Shown: positions 1 to 12,697, counted from the whole stretch's first letter. The stretch: DNA of 63,917 bases, filler included, from Reticulomyxa filosa (GCA_000512085.1; 32 parts of 32 records of this genome joined end to end with filler, not necessarily neighbours in it); one strand, 5' to 3'. Made by a program: numbers and translations. Notes: generated by a model not told the origin, from the sequence alone.

Positions 1-854
1 AAAAAAAAAAAATGGGGACAAACATTTTTTGTGAAATCGCTATAACACGAAAAAGCCCTTTTTTGTACCTTCGGTTGATTGTCCGAAAAGTTGACTGAGG
101 TAAGCTGCAGCTAATTCGTTCCTATATCCAATTCAGCGCTTTTTCCTCTGGGTCGGTAGTATCCACAATAAGGCCCCTTCTGCAGGAAACAGAAACAATC
201 GCTCAGAATCTTGTGCACACTTGGGTGATTTGGTGTTGGTTCAACTGAAAAGCTCACAGTCTTGCGCTTTTTTGCCAACGCTACTTTATTTTGCGACTCG
301 CTGACCTTTGCTAGTGTTTCATACTCCTTGACTAGCACCTGCGATACCACTGTATTTTCATTTGGATAAAAAGTAGATAAATTTTAATCAAAAAGAAAAG
401 CAAACGAAATCAATATTATGCAATTCCGTTGAAGAACTCTTATCTCCAGGAAGATAGTCAAAAAATTGCCGAGAGAGACTATTAATTATTTTTCATATTG
501 TCTGTTTATTATACAGTAATAGTGTAACATCTAAAAAGAATGAAGTGAACGGTGCTCTCTTGAGCAATTATAAAAGTTTGAAAGATATTTTTATGTTGTA
601 AAATTTGTTGAGAGTTTTTCCTTTCATATTGTTCCTTTTTATTTGCTACTTTATTGTAGATCGATGGGTCAATCAAACAATTTAATTCTCTTACCCAAAC
701 AAATAATCAAAACTTGCATTTGTACTATTTTATATTGTTATATCATTATATTTTATTTATTTATTGTAATAACTTTCATTTGTAAAATAAATAAAGTGGT
801 GATGGATTATTTCTCGTGTTGGTTATGTTCGTATCGACTTTGAAGAAAAGCTTA

Positions 855-2312
855 TCATTCAGTTTTTTTATGATCAAGGAATTCTCCAACAGTTTTCTTT
901 GAATTTTGAGAGTGTCTGGTTTTGAGCCACTCTTCATTTGCTTGTTCGTCCAATTCTTTTTGTTTCTGTTGTGCAAACGTTTGGACGACCGAGCCAATGA
1001 ATACGAGCATAAATAGCCATATTATTCCAGTCCACAGCAGTTTCAACATTGATGCCTTTGACACAAAAAGTGCACCGAATAATGCAAAAAAAGAGGGATA
1101 GGATTTGAGGAAGGGGAGAGAGAGAGAGAGAATGCAATGGAAAAGAAAAACGAGAGATGCTAAAACAAAGGAAACATATGTGCATCTATGTGAAATTGCG
1201 AGCATAATGTTATTAAAGTGGGTTTTTGTGTGAAGAGTGAACCTTTTTTGCAACATTGGAATGATCTTTATTATTAAGTGCTTTTTTTTGCATTTCTAAA
1301 ACATCTCGAACTTTTTCAGCGACAAAGGAAAATCCCAGTTGATGGATTTTCCGAATGACCCAATTTAGAGTATATTCATGAAATACAACAATGAAAAACA
1401 TTGCTTGATAGTTGACCTTAATCAAAGCTTTGCCGATAAACGTTGCACCAAAAAACTTCCAAAAAGGCATTTGAAAATGGCCACATGCAACTCTAATGTA
1501 ATATATACATATATATATATGTACATACATGACATAAATTATATTCTTCTCTCTCTTGGTTTTTTTTTTATAGATCGTGGATATTATTTTTTTTTTTTTT
1601 TATGTGAATGCATAAATATATATATATATATATACATATATACATATACTTATATGTATTATTTTTTGTTTTTTTTTTTTTTTTTGTGTATGGCCGATAT
1701 GAAATTTTCACATACACATACCCACACATATCAAAAGCCATATTGGGATACGCTGCAAAGGCCAATACAGCCCAAAATCCATATTTTGCCAGAAAAGAGA
1801 TCATTTGTTTTTTCATTTGATCAATCCAGCTGTGAGAACGACTGTCTTTCAACTCTTGTTCGATTTCACTAAATTCGGTGTCTTTTCCCGCTCGTGCTGC
1901 GGCCAGACTGACAGCATACGGTGGAATCTCACCTATCGCAGTGCCTGTGCCCCATAAGAAGCATGGCCAAATCACTTTTAGCAATAATCCAATATAAGTG
2001 ACTGTACTATCCTTCTCTTCATTCGTCACTCGACACACCATTGCGTTGGGTCCTTTTTGAATGTTTCGTCGTTTGTTTGTGTTATTTTGTTGTTTGTCGT
2101 GTTGTCATGGTCATTGTCAAACTTGCATACAATTCCAAAATATTGTATCGAATTTGGAATGTGATCGATATATAATGGATTGTATCTTTTTTATTTAAAA
2201 AAAAAAAAAAAAAAAAAATACCATGAGTATCGAAATCAAGACTGTGACAAGCTCCTGAAAGGAAACAAACTTCTCCAATATGCGGAAACAAAAATAAAAT
2301 TCCAGAATGCAT
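855..2312 (-). CDS. VMP1: Vacuole membrane protein 1 (VMP1/TMEM49)-like, multi-exon, 5'-truncated
   Basis: Exons encode GILFLFPHI, LWGTGTAIGEIPPYAVSLAA, AAYPNMAFDMCG|VACGHFQMPFWKFFGATFIGKALIK (VMP1/DedA motifs). The intron between MCG and VACGH is a canonical GT-AG. Confidence 0.9.
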
Positions 2313-2319
2313 ACCGGTT

Positions 2320-2359
<40 letters not shown>

Positions 2360-2459
2360 NNNNNNNNNNNNNNNNNNNNNNNNNNNNNNNNNNNNNNNNN
2401 NNNTTAATTAATTAANNNNNNNNNNNNNNNNNNNNNNNNNNNNNNNNNNNNNNNNNNNN
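2360..2459. other. Artificial contig-joining spacer, first of 31 (others start near 3864, 5529, 6843, 8032, 12598, 13808, 15028, 16132, 18310, 19578, 20810, 24149, 26283, 28143, 29559, 31495, 33781, 35538, 36870, 39420, 40520, 42449, 45839, 48308, 49527, 50697, 51966, 57818, 60886, 62314)
   Basis: Same ~100-nt N-flanked TTAATTAATTAA (stops in all six frames) each time; unrelated sequence on either side. Confidence 0.98.
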
Positions 2460-2984
2460 GATGTGCAATATCTTTCTAGGGCAATTTGGAATACAGGAAT
2501 TAGTGGATATAATGATATTTCTTCATATTTCTTCATTCCATAATCTTCATTTCTATAGCTTTCCATTTTTGCGAGCCTTTATAGAATAAACATATCACAA
2601 ATATAATTACAAACACACAAACACAAGCAAAAACAAAAAAAAACACAAAGACAAACAAAAAAAAAACACAAAGACAAACAAACAAACTTAATTTACTTTG
2701 AGTTTTTATTTTAAAATAAAAAATATAAATAAAAAATAAAAATAAACACTTAAATGGTTTATTTTTCAAATTATATTTATTAAAATTTAAATTTATCTTC
2801 ATTAATTTCTTCAAATATCATTTTATATCCACATATTCCTTTTTCCAATGCCCTCTTTTAATGATATTGCACATCAATCTGCATATCCCTTAACCACATT
2901 ACAACCCTATATATCTATTTTTATTTTATTATTTTTAACCTAATATATACAATTCAACCCAAACAAAATTATAATAATATATAA

Positions 2985-3300
2985 TTCAACATACAGCAAA
3001 AGACCCGCCACAATCCAAAACAATACAAGACAACAAATACAACTCAACCAATAACAATCCGACACATCACAACTCAATACAGCAAAATCCAACAAAACTT
3101 AACACAATACAACTTAACACAACACAATTCAACACAACACAACTTAACACAACACAACCCAATCCAACACAATTTAACACAAACAATACAATCCAAAACA
3201 ATTTAATCCAAAACAACCTAATACAACACAATTTAATCCAAAACAATTTAATCCAATACAATACAACCCCAATACAATTCAATACAATACAATTTAATAA
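2985..3300. repeat. Degenerate pentamer tandem repeat (AATAC/AACAC/AATCC/AATTT)
   Basis: Visible 5-nt periodicity, e.g. aatac aattc aatac aatac. Confidence 0.8.
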
Positions 3301-3963
3301 TAAACTAACTAAACAAAAATCAATTATTTCTTCCTTTTATCAAAAAAAACAAAAATGTTCAATATTTCATGAAGTAATACTCCAAATGCAATTAAAAATC
3401 CAATACAAATATTCGATAAAATCATTTTATCAATTCGATCAATTTGTCCAATATAATAATCAATTTGCCCATAGTTGTGATAATCAAATAATATATCATT
3501 AACCATTTGCATTACCAATGGAATACCACAAAAATATAACATAACAAATCGATAATATCATAAGCAATATCACCATCCAATTTAATATTAATTCAAATAA
3601 TGTTTTTTCTGGTATTGATTGATATTGCTGTCTTTGTCTTCCACAATATTCATTTTGACCAAAAAATCTTGTTTTATTTGTTTTATGATATCCCATTCTA
3701 TGCACAATTGATCCACCATTGTAAAATACTGGAATATATTCTTCATATTGTACTATATTTGATTGGCATTCTATAAATGTTAACAAACAAACGAATAAAT
3801 CAAACAAATATAATTATTACAAATAAACAAAAATAAATTATTCAAATACCTTTAGGACAATAANNNNNNNNNNNNNNNNNNNNNNNNNNNNNNNNNNNNN
3901 NNNNNNNTTAATTAATTAANNNNNNNNNNNNNNNNNNNNNNNNNNNNNNNNNNNNNNNNNNNN

Positions 3964-4105
3964 ACTTCTTACTTCCTTGTCTTTTCTTACTTTCCTTTTG
4001 TCATTATCTCTTTAATTTACTTTCCTTTTATTGAAGTTGTTCTTTTGGAACTAAGTTCCTTTCGTATTACATTTAGTGCAGATTCTCCACAGTAGACTCC
4101 CCACA
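3964..4105 (+). mobile_element. 5'-truncated copy of the TGT...ACA (solo-LTR-like) element
   Basis: Aligns by eye with 4755-4901; shares TTTCGTATTACATTTAGT and ends in CCCACA. Confidence 0.7.
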
Positions 4106-5528
4106 GTGTGATGAATGTGATGTGATCCGGTGTATAATTAAAATTTAAAATGTACATTTTTCTTGAAAATATGTCCATTTGTAGCCCAAGTCAAGGGCAT
4201 TCTATTTATATATTTATTGTCTTTTTAAAATTTTTCATAATTGACCAGTTAAAGAAAAGTATTAAACATATATGCCATTTGAATTTTACATGATTTACAC
4301 TTTTTTTTTTGAAAATTTTATTTTGCGTTGATGACTTCAAGAGACAATCAGGATCATTTGTTAAAAGATTTACTTTATTGAATGTGCTTAATTTTACTTT
4401 TTTTTTAATATTATGATATGATTAAGCTGTTAAATATAACAACAGTATTTCATATATTCAAAGCAATTCTTTTTAAAAAACAATAACACTTGAAATCTGA
4501 TTTTCAAAAGTGAAAGGAAATTTCTTATTATTGATTTAACAAAGTGTGATAATGCTAATTTTTTGTTCTCAACTTCCGAAATTATGTCATATTGTACAAA
4601 TTTGAAATGTTTTATTTATATATTTGTTTTTGATTCAAAATCGATAACAAAACATAACCTTTACTTATTTAATGTAGGGCAAGCCCTTATCACACATGGC
4701 GGAACTCTTATGGAACTGAGGAGCTCCCTTTGGGTTAAACTTCCTCAACCAACTACTTCTTACTTACTTGCTTTTCTTACTTTCCTTTTTGTCATTTTGA
4801 TTTATTATTTAATTTACTTTGTTTTACTGAAAGTCACTCTCATTCGAGTAAAACCTTTTCGTATTACATTTAGTGTAGCTCTTCACAGTAGACTTCCCAC
4901 ATTAATTACAATGCTTCATCTGCACTATTATAGACAAAGAAGTTTTTTAATGTCGTTTTTTACAATCGCACATACACAAATTCCTTAATTTTAAGAAAAA
5001 ATATTTAATATTTCAATTACTATTTTTCGTTTGGAAATCATTTTTAGCACACTTTAACTAACGACAATCTGATTTTTATTAAATTTAAATCATTCATTAT
5101 TTACAATCATTTATGTCTATTGAATAGTTTCGAAGAAAAATGTATATTTAAAAACAAATTAATATTTTCTTTTAATCAATTGAAATAACAGTCACAAAAG
5201 TACTTTCTTCTATGTTTCATACAAACCTTTTTTGAAATGTCAAAAGTAATATTATTCTGTGATGCAAAATAAAATTTTCAAAAAAAAAAGTGTAAATCAT
5301 GTAAAATTCAAATGGCATATATGTTTAATACTTTTCTTTAACTGGTCAATTATGAAAAATTTTAAAAAGACAATAAATATATAAATAGAATGCCCTTGAC
5401 TTGGGCTACAAATGGACATATTTTCAAGAAAAATGTACATTTTAAATTTTAATTATACACCGGATCACATCACATTCATCACACTGTGGGGAGTCTACTG
5501 TGGAGAATCTGCACTAAATGTAATACGA
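4062..5528. repeat. 265-bp inverted repeat, arms 4062-4326 and 5264-5528
   Basis: Right arm reads as the reverse complement of the left arm with no mismatch noticed, and runs to the contig end. Confidence 0.92.
4673..4901 (+). mobile_element. Solo-LTR-like element, TGTAGGG...CCCACA, TTAA target-site duplication
   Basis: TTAA|TGTAGGGCAAGCCCT...GACTTCCCACA|TTAA; homologous to 6586-6798. Confidence 0.7.
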
Positions 5529-5989
5529 NNNNNNNNNNNNNNNNNNNNNNNNNNNNNNNNNNNNNNNNNNNNTTAATTAATTAANNNNNNNNNNNNNNNN
5601 NNNNNNNNNNNNNNNNNNNNNNNNNNNNTGTTTTTATGGAACTTATTCTGAGTTGATCAACTTTTAAGACAGTTAAAAAAAAATGACAGTTTAGCATTGT
5701 GCATGCTACATAATAATATATTCGAAATTAATTTCTCTGAAAAAGGGATTTACAAAAAAACTGGAGTGTGACATAGAATTTTTTTTATGTTTGAAGAACC
5801 AAAAAAATTCCACTCCAATTCTTTATTTTAAACATTAATAAAATTATTTGAGTTTGTTTAATTTTAATTTAGATTTTCATTTATCTTTTTAAAAGTGATT
5901 TACAGCTCATTTTTAAAAACAAAATTAAATCTTTTTTTTAAGACCGTTCAAAGGGATCACCTTATCCCTTTTTTAAACTTCTTCATAGC

Positions 5990-6280
5990 ATGAGTAAGCA
6001 AAACACAACTCTTTTTCAAACTTCTCCCTTCCAAAGTTTCAAAGAATTGCCCACTTTATTTAAACAGTTCAATGTGTGCTCCTCACTTGTGGAAGTTATT
6101 GTCAAAGAGTCTGTTATTTCTTATCATACTCTTAAAAATGAATACAAGTTTATCTGTGAATATCCAAGTGATGTTTATTTAGATGAACACTGTGTAATGA
6201 ATCTGGTAGATAACAATAATAACAGCAAAGGCAGTAACGAAGTCACTTTGTTGCCTTTTAATGGAGATACATATGATTAA
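5990..6280 (+). pseudogene. Truncated/frameshifted Kelch-like beta-propeller family member
   Basis: FQSFKELPT...CYSYHTLKNEYKFICEYPSDVYLDEHCVMNLVDNNN...VTLLPF; paralogous to 34691-35537. Confidence 0.7.
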
Positions 6281-6504
6281 GCTTTTTTTTCTGTCAAGAA
6301 CGATGAATGAAATTCAATATACAAAATGGAGCTAGCAATGCATATAATTTCTTTTCAACGAAGAAAAATTTTTTTCAATTTTTTGTAGTTTTAAGAATGT
6401 CTGAAAACCAAAAAGGTGACTCAATATTGAAATAAAAATGAAATAAAAAGTGTAATTTAACAAATGTTGAAACCCTAAGTCACATGTTTTTTTATTGTAA
6501 AGGG

Positions 6505-6567
6505 CGTGGGACTTGTGAGAAGATTAAGTGTAATACGAAAGGAACTTACGTTGCAAGAGGAAAAACT
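6505..6567 (-). mobile_element. Fragment of the same solo-LTR-like family
   Basis: gtggga...tgtaatacgaaaggaactta matches the reverse complement of ~4045-4105. Confidence 0.55.
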
Positions 6568-6585
6568 AGTTTGTGATATATATAT

Positions 6586-6798
6586 TGTGGGACGTCAGCT
6601 GGAAGAGGTTGTACTAAATGTAATACGAAAATGGTTTTGCTCAAGAAACGAATGTTCGATAAAAAAAAGTGAATTTAAATAAAAGAAAGATGAATAACAC
6701 AACAAAAGAAGAAAACAAAACAAAAGAGTAAGTGAAGTTAGTTGAGGAATTTTGCCCACTGGGGACTCCCAGGTTCCTTTATAGGGCCTTGCCCTACA
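6586..6798 (-). mobile_element. Solo-LTR-like element, ATAT target-site duplication
   Basis: Plus strand reads ATAT|TGTGGGA...CTAAATGTAATACGAAA...AGGGCCTTGCCCTACA|ATAT, i.e. the reverse complement of the 4673-4901 family. Confidence 0.7.
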
Positions 6799-7019
6799 AT
6801 ATAACCTAGTGCAGTTAGAGTATTATTTGCTTTCATTTTTTANNNNNNNNNNNNNNNNNNNNNNNNNNNNNNNNNNNNNNNNNNNNTTAATTAATTAANN
6901 NNNNNNNNNNNNNNNNNNNNNNNNNNNNNNNNNNNNNNNNNNAAAAAAACATTTATTATTTTTATCTTTCTTTCAAAGTATTTCAATTAATTTATTTTTG
7001 TTTTTTTGTTTCTATCTCA

Positions 7020-7970
7020 GGTAATATGATAAGGCTGCAAGTGGAGATGATAGTGAACCAGGCAATGAAACCACAAATGAAGAAAAGAAGAAGAGCATGT
7101 ACAAAAATGTTGGATTTAATCAAATACTGCGGCCTTACCTAGTGCCAATCAAATGAACCAATTTCTTATTACACAAATACACTACCTCCTCCTGAGGAAT
7201 CAAGTTTTGTCTGGTCATGTGGAAAGATAGAGTGGTTCGAGGCATTGTATACGTGGTGAAATATTTTAGACTCTGTCGAGATGGATGGTACTTCTTGTGT
7301 GCGTGCGCATATGATTGCAATTGTTAGTCGCAAAAAAAAGTAACAAAAAGATTACTTTTATAGATTGTGAAACCAGAGGAAGAAGAGAAGAAAAAACAAA
7401 AGCAAATCGAAGTATTGCACATATATCCAGTAACGTATACTTATAAAAACTTTGAAATGAAAGCAATGATGGTAGCAAAAAAAGATTAAAGGAATAGGCA
7501 ACATCGTGATGACAAATTGAAGTGGCATTGGCATATTTTTGTACTCAATGTATCGACTAAAAGTGGCAAAGAGAAAACAGAGGATAATAAAGTCTAAATA
7601 TAGGATTGCAACGCTGGACTGTTTGTAATTATAGATAAGACTGAACAAAAAAAAATAAAATCAATCGTAATTGAGTGATCCCACAAAGAAAGAAGACAAA
7701 AGCAAAACGGGTCCTTCGAGTGACCTCATTCCAATTCCTGAGGTTGATGATATTGGTCCGTGCTTGGTCTTGATGTTGTCGTGCCACGACGGATCTTGGC
7801 TCGATTGGTTGCGAGATGATGACATATGGAGTCGAAGTGGTCCTGATAGAGATATAATCGACGATGGTGGTGTCGAGTTCCTTGATTTTTGTTATGCATT
7901 CGAGTTTTCTCCATGCACATAATCCATGTGTTCTACGATACTTGGTGCAGGGTCGTCGTCCCTCTGTTGT
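7020..7970 (-). CDS. Fragment of an unidentified, probably membrane, protein gene
   Basis: GC-richer exon-like blocks with hydrophobic stretches, separated by AT-rich intron-like tracts; frame and exon limits unresolved. Confidence 0.3.
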
Positions 7971-8209
7971 GCAATTATACGTACAGTAATATTATATTTT
8001 ATCAAATATAAATATTAATTCCTGATCACCANNNNNNNNNNNNNNNNNNNNNNNNNNNNNNNNNNNNNNNNNNNNTTAATTAATTAANNNNNNNNNNNNN
8101 NNNNNNNNNNNNNNNNNNNNNNNNNNNNNNNTTTAAAAAAAAAAAAAAAAAATTACATAGACATATATGCATTATATGTACATCTACATATAATGCATAT
8201 CTTGCACAG

Positions 8210-8546
8210 ACCTTCAATGCGTGAAATTGACACCGAAACTGTAAAGAGGACAAACTTGTTAATTGTTGACAGTGACGAAGCCTTTCACTCTGGTGATTTG
8301 GAGAGCTGCCAAAAAATAGTCAAATTTGTCAAAAATGATAATTACGTACTGTTATCCGAAGTGGTCGGGAAAAATAGCCACAAATTAGACTCCAAAAAAT
8401 TAGGACATCCGTTAGATCCTAAACATGAAAAACAAATTACTTTGTTTGAATCCGTTGGGGTGTCTGCTCAAGATTTATTCAGTGCAATCGCCATATATGA
8501 AAATGCACTCAAACAAAATGTAGGAACAGAATTAGTACTCGCATAA
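8210..8546 (+). CDS. Ornithine cyclodeaminase/mu-crystallin family, last exon
   Basis: PSMREID...LIVDS...SGDL...ITLFESVGVSAQDL..A..IY matches the OCD/CRYM C-terminus; preceded by a ttgcacag acceptor. Confidence 0.85.
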
Positions 8547-8970
8547 TCTTTTCTACCCCCCCCCCTTTTCCATCGCCTGTATCTCTCTGCGCTAGTGTTA
8601 CATAATGAAATTGACACGTGTGTAGATTTTTTTATATAAGTGCAACCAACATCTTTTGGGGTTTGTGCAATCGACACCAAACTTTTGTTACGTTGTAATC
8701 AAAGAATATCTATCGTTCTATTTCTTTAGATATTTCAATGTTTTACTAAAACTTTTGCATACATTTTTTCCATCACTCCGAAAATCAAATGAATAGTTAT
8801 AACTTGTTCAACTCTTCTATCTTCAAGAGATAGTCGGGAGACCCCAGAAAAGTATATCAACAGTTTAACTGTATGTGAAAAATAAAAAATTTGAAAAGAC
8901 ATAATGGCTATCATTCCAAAAGGTTTCAAACTTTTTTTTGCTTTGTTTGGATACCCAAAAGCGCACTAAA

Positions 8971-10600
8971 ATGTCGCTAAGAATTTACGATCAAAAACGT
9001 GACGAACACGTTAACTGTCCTTGCATAACCCACAGTAACGGGATAATATGCTGTAATGGCAACCGTGCTGAATGTGTCGACATGTCGCAGTTAAGAAGAA
9101 CAAAATTTTGACAGATAGTCTAAAATTATTCTATTTCGTTTTGTGTTCAACAGAGCAAATATCGAAGTAAAGGCAAAGACAGCAAGGTGACATTTGCGTC
9201 AATATTTACCTTTAAAGGCCAAAGGGGAGGAATGTATTCCGGAAGATTCGGTGAGAAACTCCAAATTAGCGTGATCTATGAAAATGGAAAACATTACAAG
9301 CAAGAAATTCTTGGCGAATTATACACCAATGGGTCCTTCACAAAAGGCTATCAATGTGACAAAATGACGAAGTATTACATTTGTAAAAAAGACAATGCAT
9401 GGAACAAGCCAAGTGTTATGTACTCGGACGTAACAAGGCATTGGAACGTCATGATTACACTTCCGCAAACAGATATAAAAAGTGGGCCCAAGACGTTCCA
9501 AAGATACGGTTTATGTGGTGCCCTTTTCGTGGATGAAGCAAGGGACCACGAAGGAAAGACAGTGACACAACACGTCATTCGTATCCACGCACCTACCTCA
9601 GAAAAAAAATGGGTGGAGCAATGTGTTGTACAATTTCAAATTAATAATAAAATTAATTTGAGTTGTATTAAAGAAATCACCATCAGCAACTCGGAGAAAA
9701 CTTTTTTTAATTGGGCGAAGGTACGTATCAAGTTTTCCTTTTTCTTGTCCTTTTTTTAAAAAAATTTTTCGAACAGGGTGACCAGTTGTCACGAACAACG
9801 TTGCTCCAGACACAAGACTTACCACCAAGCCCCTTATTAAGTGTGATGTCGTCACCAACACCAATTTCTCAAGACACACCAGCCAACATCAATAAATGCG
9901 AAAACAGTGAATGTATACGTACGTTTTTTTTTAATTTTAAAATGAACATTTTTTTTAAAAAATTTTTGCTTGGTGGTTATAATTTGCGTTGTTGCTAAAC
10001 AGTGTGGAGCCCTTCCATTGAACTTGGGATGAACCAGGCAATGATGAATGAATTTTTGAAAATGAAAGAGCAAATCAATCATTTAACACAAATTGTTGCC
10101 TATTTGTGCCACGAATTAAAAACAAAACAAAGTAATGTGGACGCACAAATCCAACATGTTGTTGGCCTACAATCAATGGTATTTGGAAATCATTTCGACA
10201 CTCCAGTTTTGTTTATTGTTTGCTTTTTGTAGAGACGTACACTAGACCAACCAAATTTTTTTTAGACGCAGTCCGAGCACTGCGGTCTAGTTACGAGCGA
10301 CCTATGTCCAACCGAAATTAACTCACCAATGTTGCAAGCAGATTGTAATTGGTGTCCTCCCAATGATGTATGTGTTAATTGTTGTTTTTTTAAAAGGCAT
10401 GATTTATACGTTTGTTATAATAAATATACAAATAGAATGAATTTGGCAATTATATGTACGGCACAAATGACGAAGAAATTGAAACTGAACAGGTTTGCCA
10501 GTGTTTAGGCTTTTTTTTTGTTGTAACTAAATTGCAATGTGTGATAATAGGAATGGAATCCTTTTTTGCCGCCAAATAAAAAATACAAACGTCAGACGAC
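8971..10600 (+). CDS. Multi-exon hypothetical protein
   Basis: Long open exon ~9153-9720 ending at AAG|GTACGT, then several short exons separated by ~55-90-nt GT-AG introns; no recognised domain; ends approximate. Confidence 0.55.
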
Positions 10601-10941
10601 CGAACCACAACATTTTAAATTTTTTTAAAATTGTTTTTTCGCTTGAGTGTTATTCTTAAGCTTATTAATGCCAGCCAGGGAGTCCAACTTTTTATCTTCC
10701 AAATAAAAAGATGAAATGGAAAAAAAATTTGGACTCCTTGTGGTGGGATTATAGGATTAGGGATAATTCTTTGTGCGTGTTTTTATGGGTATTTGTTACA
10801 TCAGATAATTTTTTTATTTTCATTCAATCTTTTCAAATGAATAGTGTGGTCTTTACTATTTGATTCACTTAGAGTTATTTGAGAAAAAACAAAGCAAAAG
10901 TCATAATGCAATAAATTAATCGCTAGTAAAAAGATTATTTT

Positions 10942-12597
10942 TATCGTGTGAGCCACAATAATACTAAGCACAACAAAATTGTTAAAAGCCTTTCTTCATC
11001 ATGAACATATACTTTTTTTTAAGTTTAGCAATCGCTCTCCGACGATTTGGATCTCTATCTTTATCTTGCTCTTTATTTTCATTTTCGTTGTGGGGTTGGT
11101 GCGTAGGGACTGTGGATCGCCACAACTTAGTATCAGTTGTCTTCTCATCCTTCCAAAAATTTACCTATATCATATAATTTCGCAAACAAAGAAGATTGGC
11201 AATAAAAAACACGTGAAAAATCCAAGAACTTACGTGTATGACTTTGCTATTGAGCACTTTGTTATTCATCTGATTTTGAACAAAAATAGCCTCTTCAGGC
11301 GAACTGAAAATAAGCTTGGCTTTTCCAGTACGGAAGCCCTTTTGATTTTCATAAACGATAACTTTTATTGGACGAAATTTTTTCCCACAATACTTTTCAA
11401 TAGCGTCGATGATATCCACTTCGTCGCAATCATATCGGATGTTGCCAAATGTCAATACAGTAGTTTTACCTCTAAGTTCAGTTCGTAGAAAATTGGGTGG
11501 TGTTGGGTTCGAATATACCACGCTGATACTACGACCAGAAACATGGAAGCCATGAAGAGTTGTCACTGCCTTAACGGCATCTTCAGGCGATGCAAATTGG
11601 ATCAGTGCATAACCAGGCACAAATCTCGTTAAATGTTGAATTAAATGGATATTTACCGGTTCGGTACCAATATGCTCTATTATTAAGTCCTTGAGCATTT
11701 CCTCATCGATTGCTTGACTGAGGTTGAACATACAGACTTGATTCGTTTTTTCTTTCAGGTCCAATCCGTTTTGATTCACAACTTTGGTATTTATTTATGT
11801 AGTATATATTTGTAGGATTGATTCCATCATTTTCGCAAATAAGTTCCTTCTCCCCTTTTTATTTTTTTATTTTTAAATAATAATAATAATAAAAAGTCAG
11901 CAAACCGAAGCGAGAATCAGTGAGTTCTACGCTAATTCTCCGTTCCAATAAAAATACTTTATCACAATTATCAACTGCACACATTGCTTCCTCATGATTA
12001 CGAAACTGTGCATGTGCCTCTCTGCAGTGTAAATGTACATTCCCCCATTCAGCATTGTTTTTGTTGGTATATTATCATTTATGTAGTTTGTTAAATTTTA
12101 AAAAAAAAAAAAAACAAGGCTCAAATACCCTTTTGGAATTTCATCTTTGTCTAAATGAATCTCAGTATTGATTGGGGCAAATCCTAGTCTCTTTTCAAAA
12201 AATTGGTCAATATCTCTTTTAGTGGTTTTATAATGCAAATTGGACAATCGTACAATTTTCCTTTTGGTAACGTATTTATCCTCGTCCACCGAGTAGCTTG
12301 ATTTAACGCCTGTCATCTGGCCCATTGAACTGAATAGCGCTTCCTTTTTTGCCTTGTCTACGAATACTTTGAATTGAATGGGACAGCCTTCTGGACAAGA
12401 CGCCGTGGTAAATGGTTTGTCCCACAAATGCCTTACAATGTTGGCTGCCTGTTTCACATCCACAAAGGTAACAATCGCGTACCCTTTCACTAGCGCCTTT
12501 TCGCTGTGGAAAATGTACACATCCAACGGCTCTGCGATTACTTGGCAGTATTTTACCACATCCGCTTCTGTTGCGTCATGAGGCAAGCCTGCAAATT
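10942..12597 (-). CDS. Multi-RRM RNA-binding protein (about 4 RRMs), 5'-truncated
   Basis: RNP2/RNP1-like motifs: LPHDATEADV..KGYAIVTF; VRLSNL..KG; MFNL..GYALIQF; FGNI..GKAKLIF. Confidence 0.85.
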
Positions 12598-12697
12598 NNN
12601 NNNNNNNNNNNNNNNNNNNNNNNNNNNNNNNNNNNNNNNNNTTAATTAATTAANNNNNNNNNNNNNNNNNNNNNNNNNNNNNNNNNNNNNNNNNNNN

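Noticed and set aside
3324-3807. RFFGQN...PEKTLFELIL as a P-type ATPase N-terminus
   Set aside because: Resemblance is too short, the frame is broken and no downstream ATPase motifs follow.
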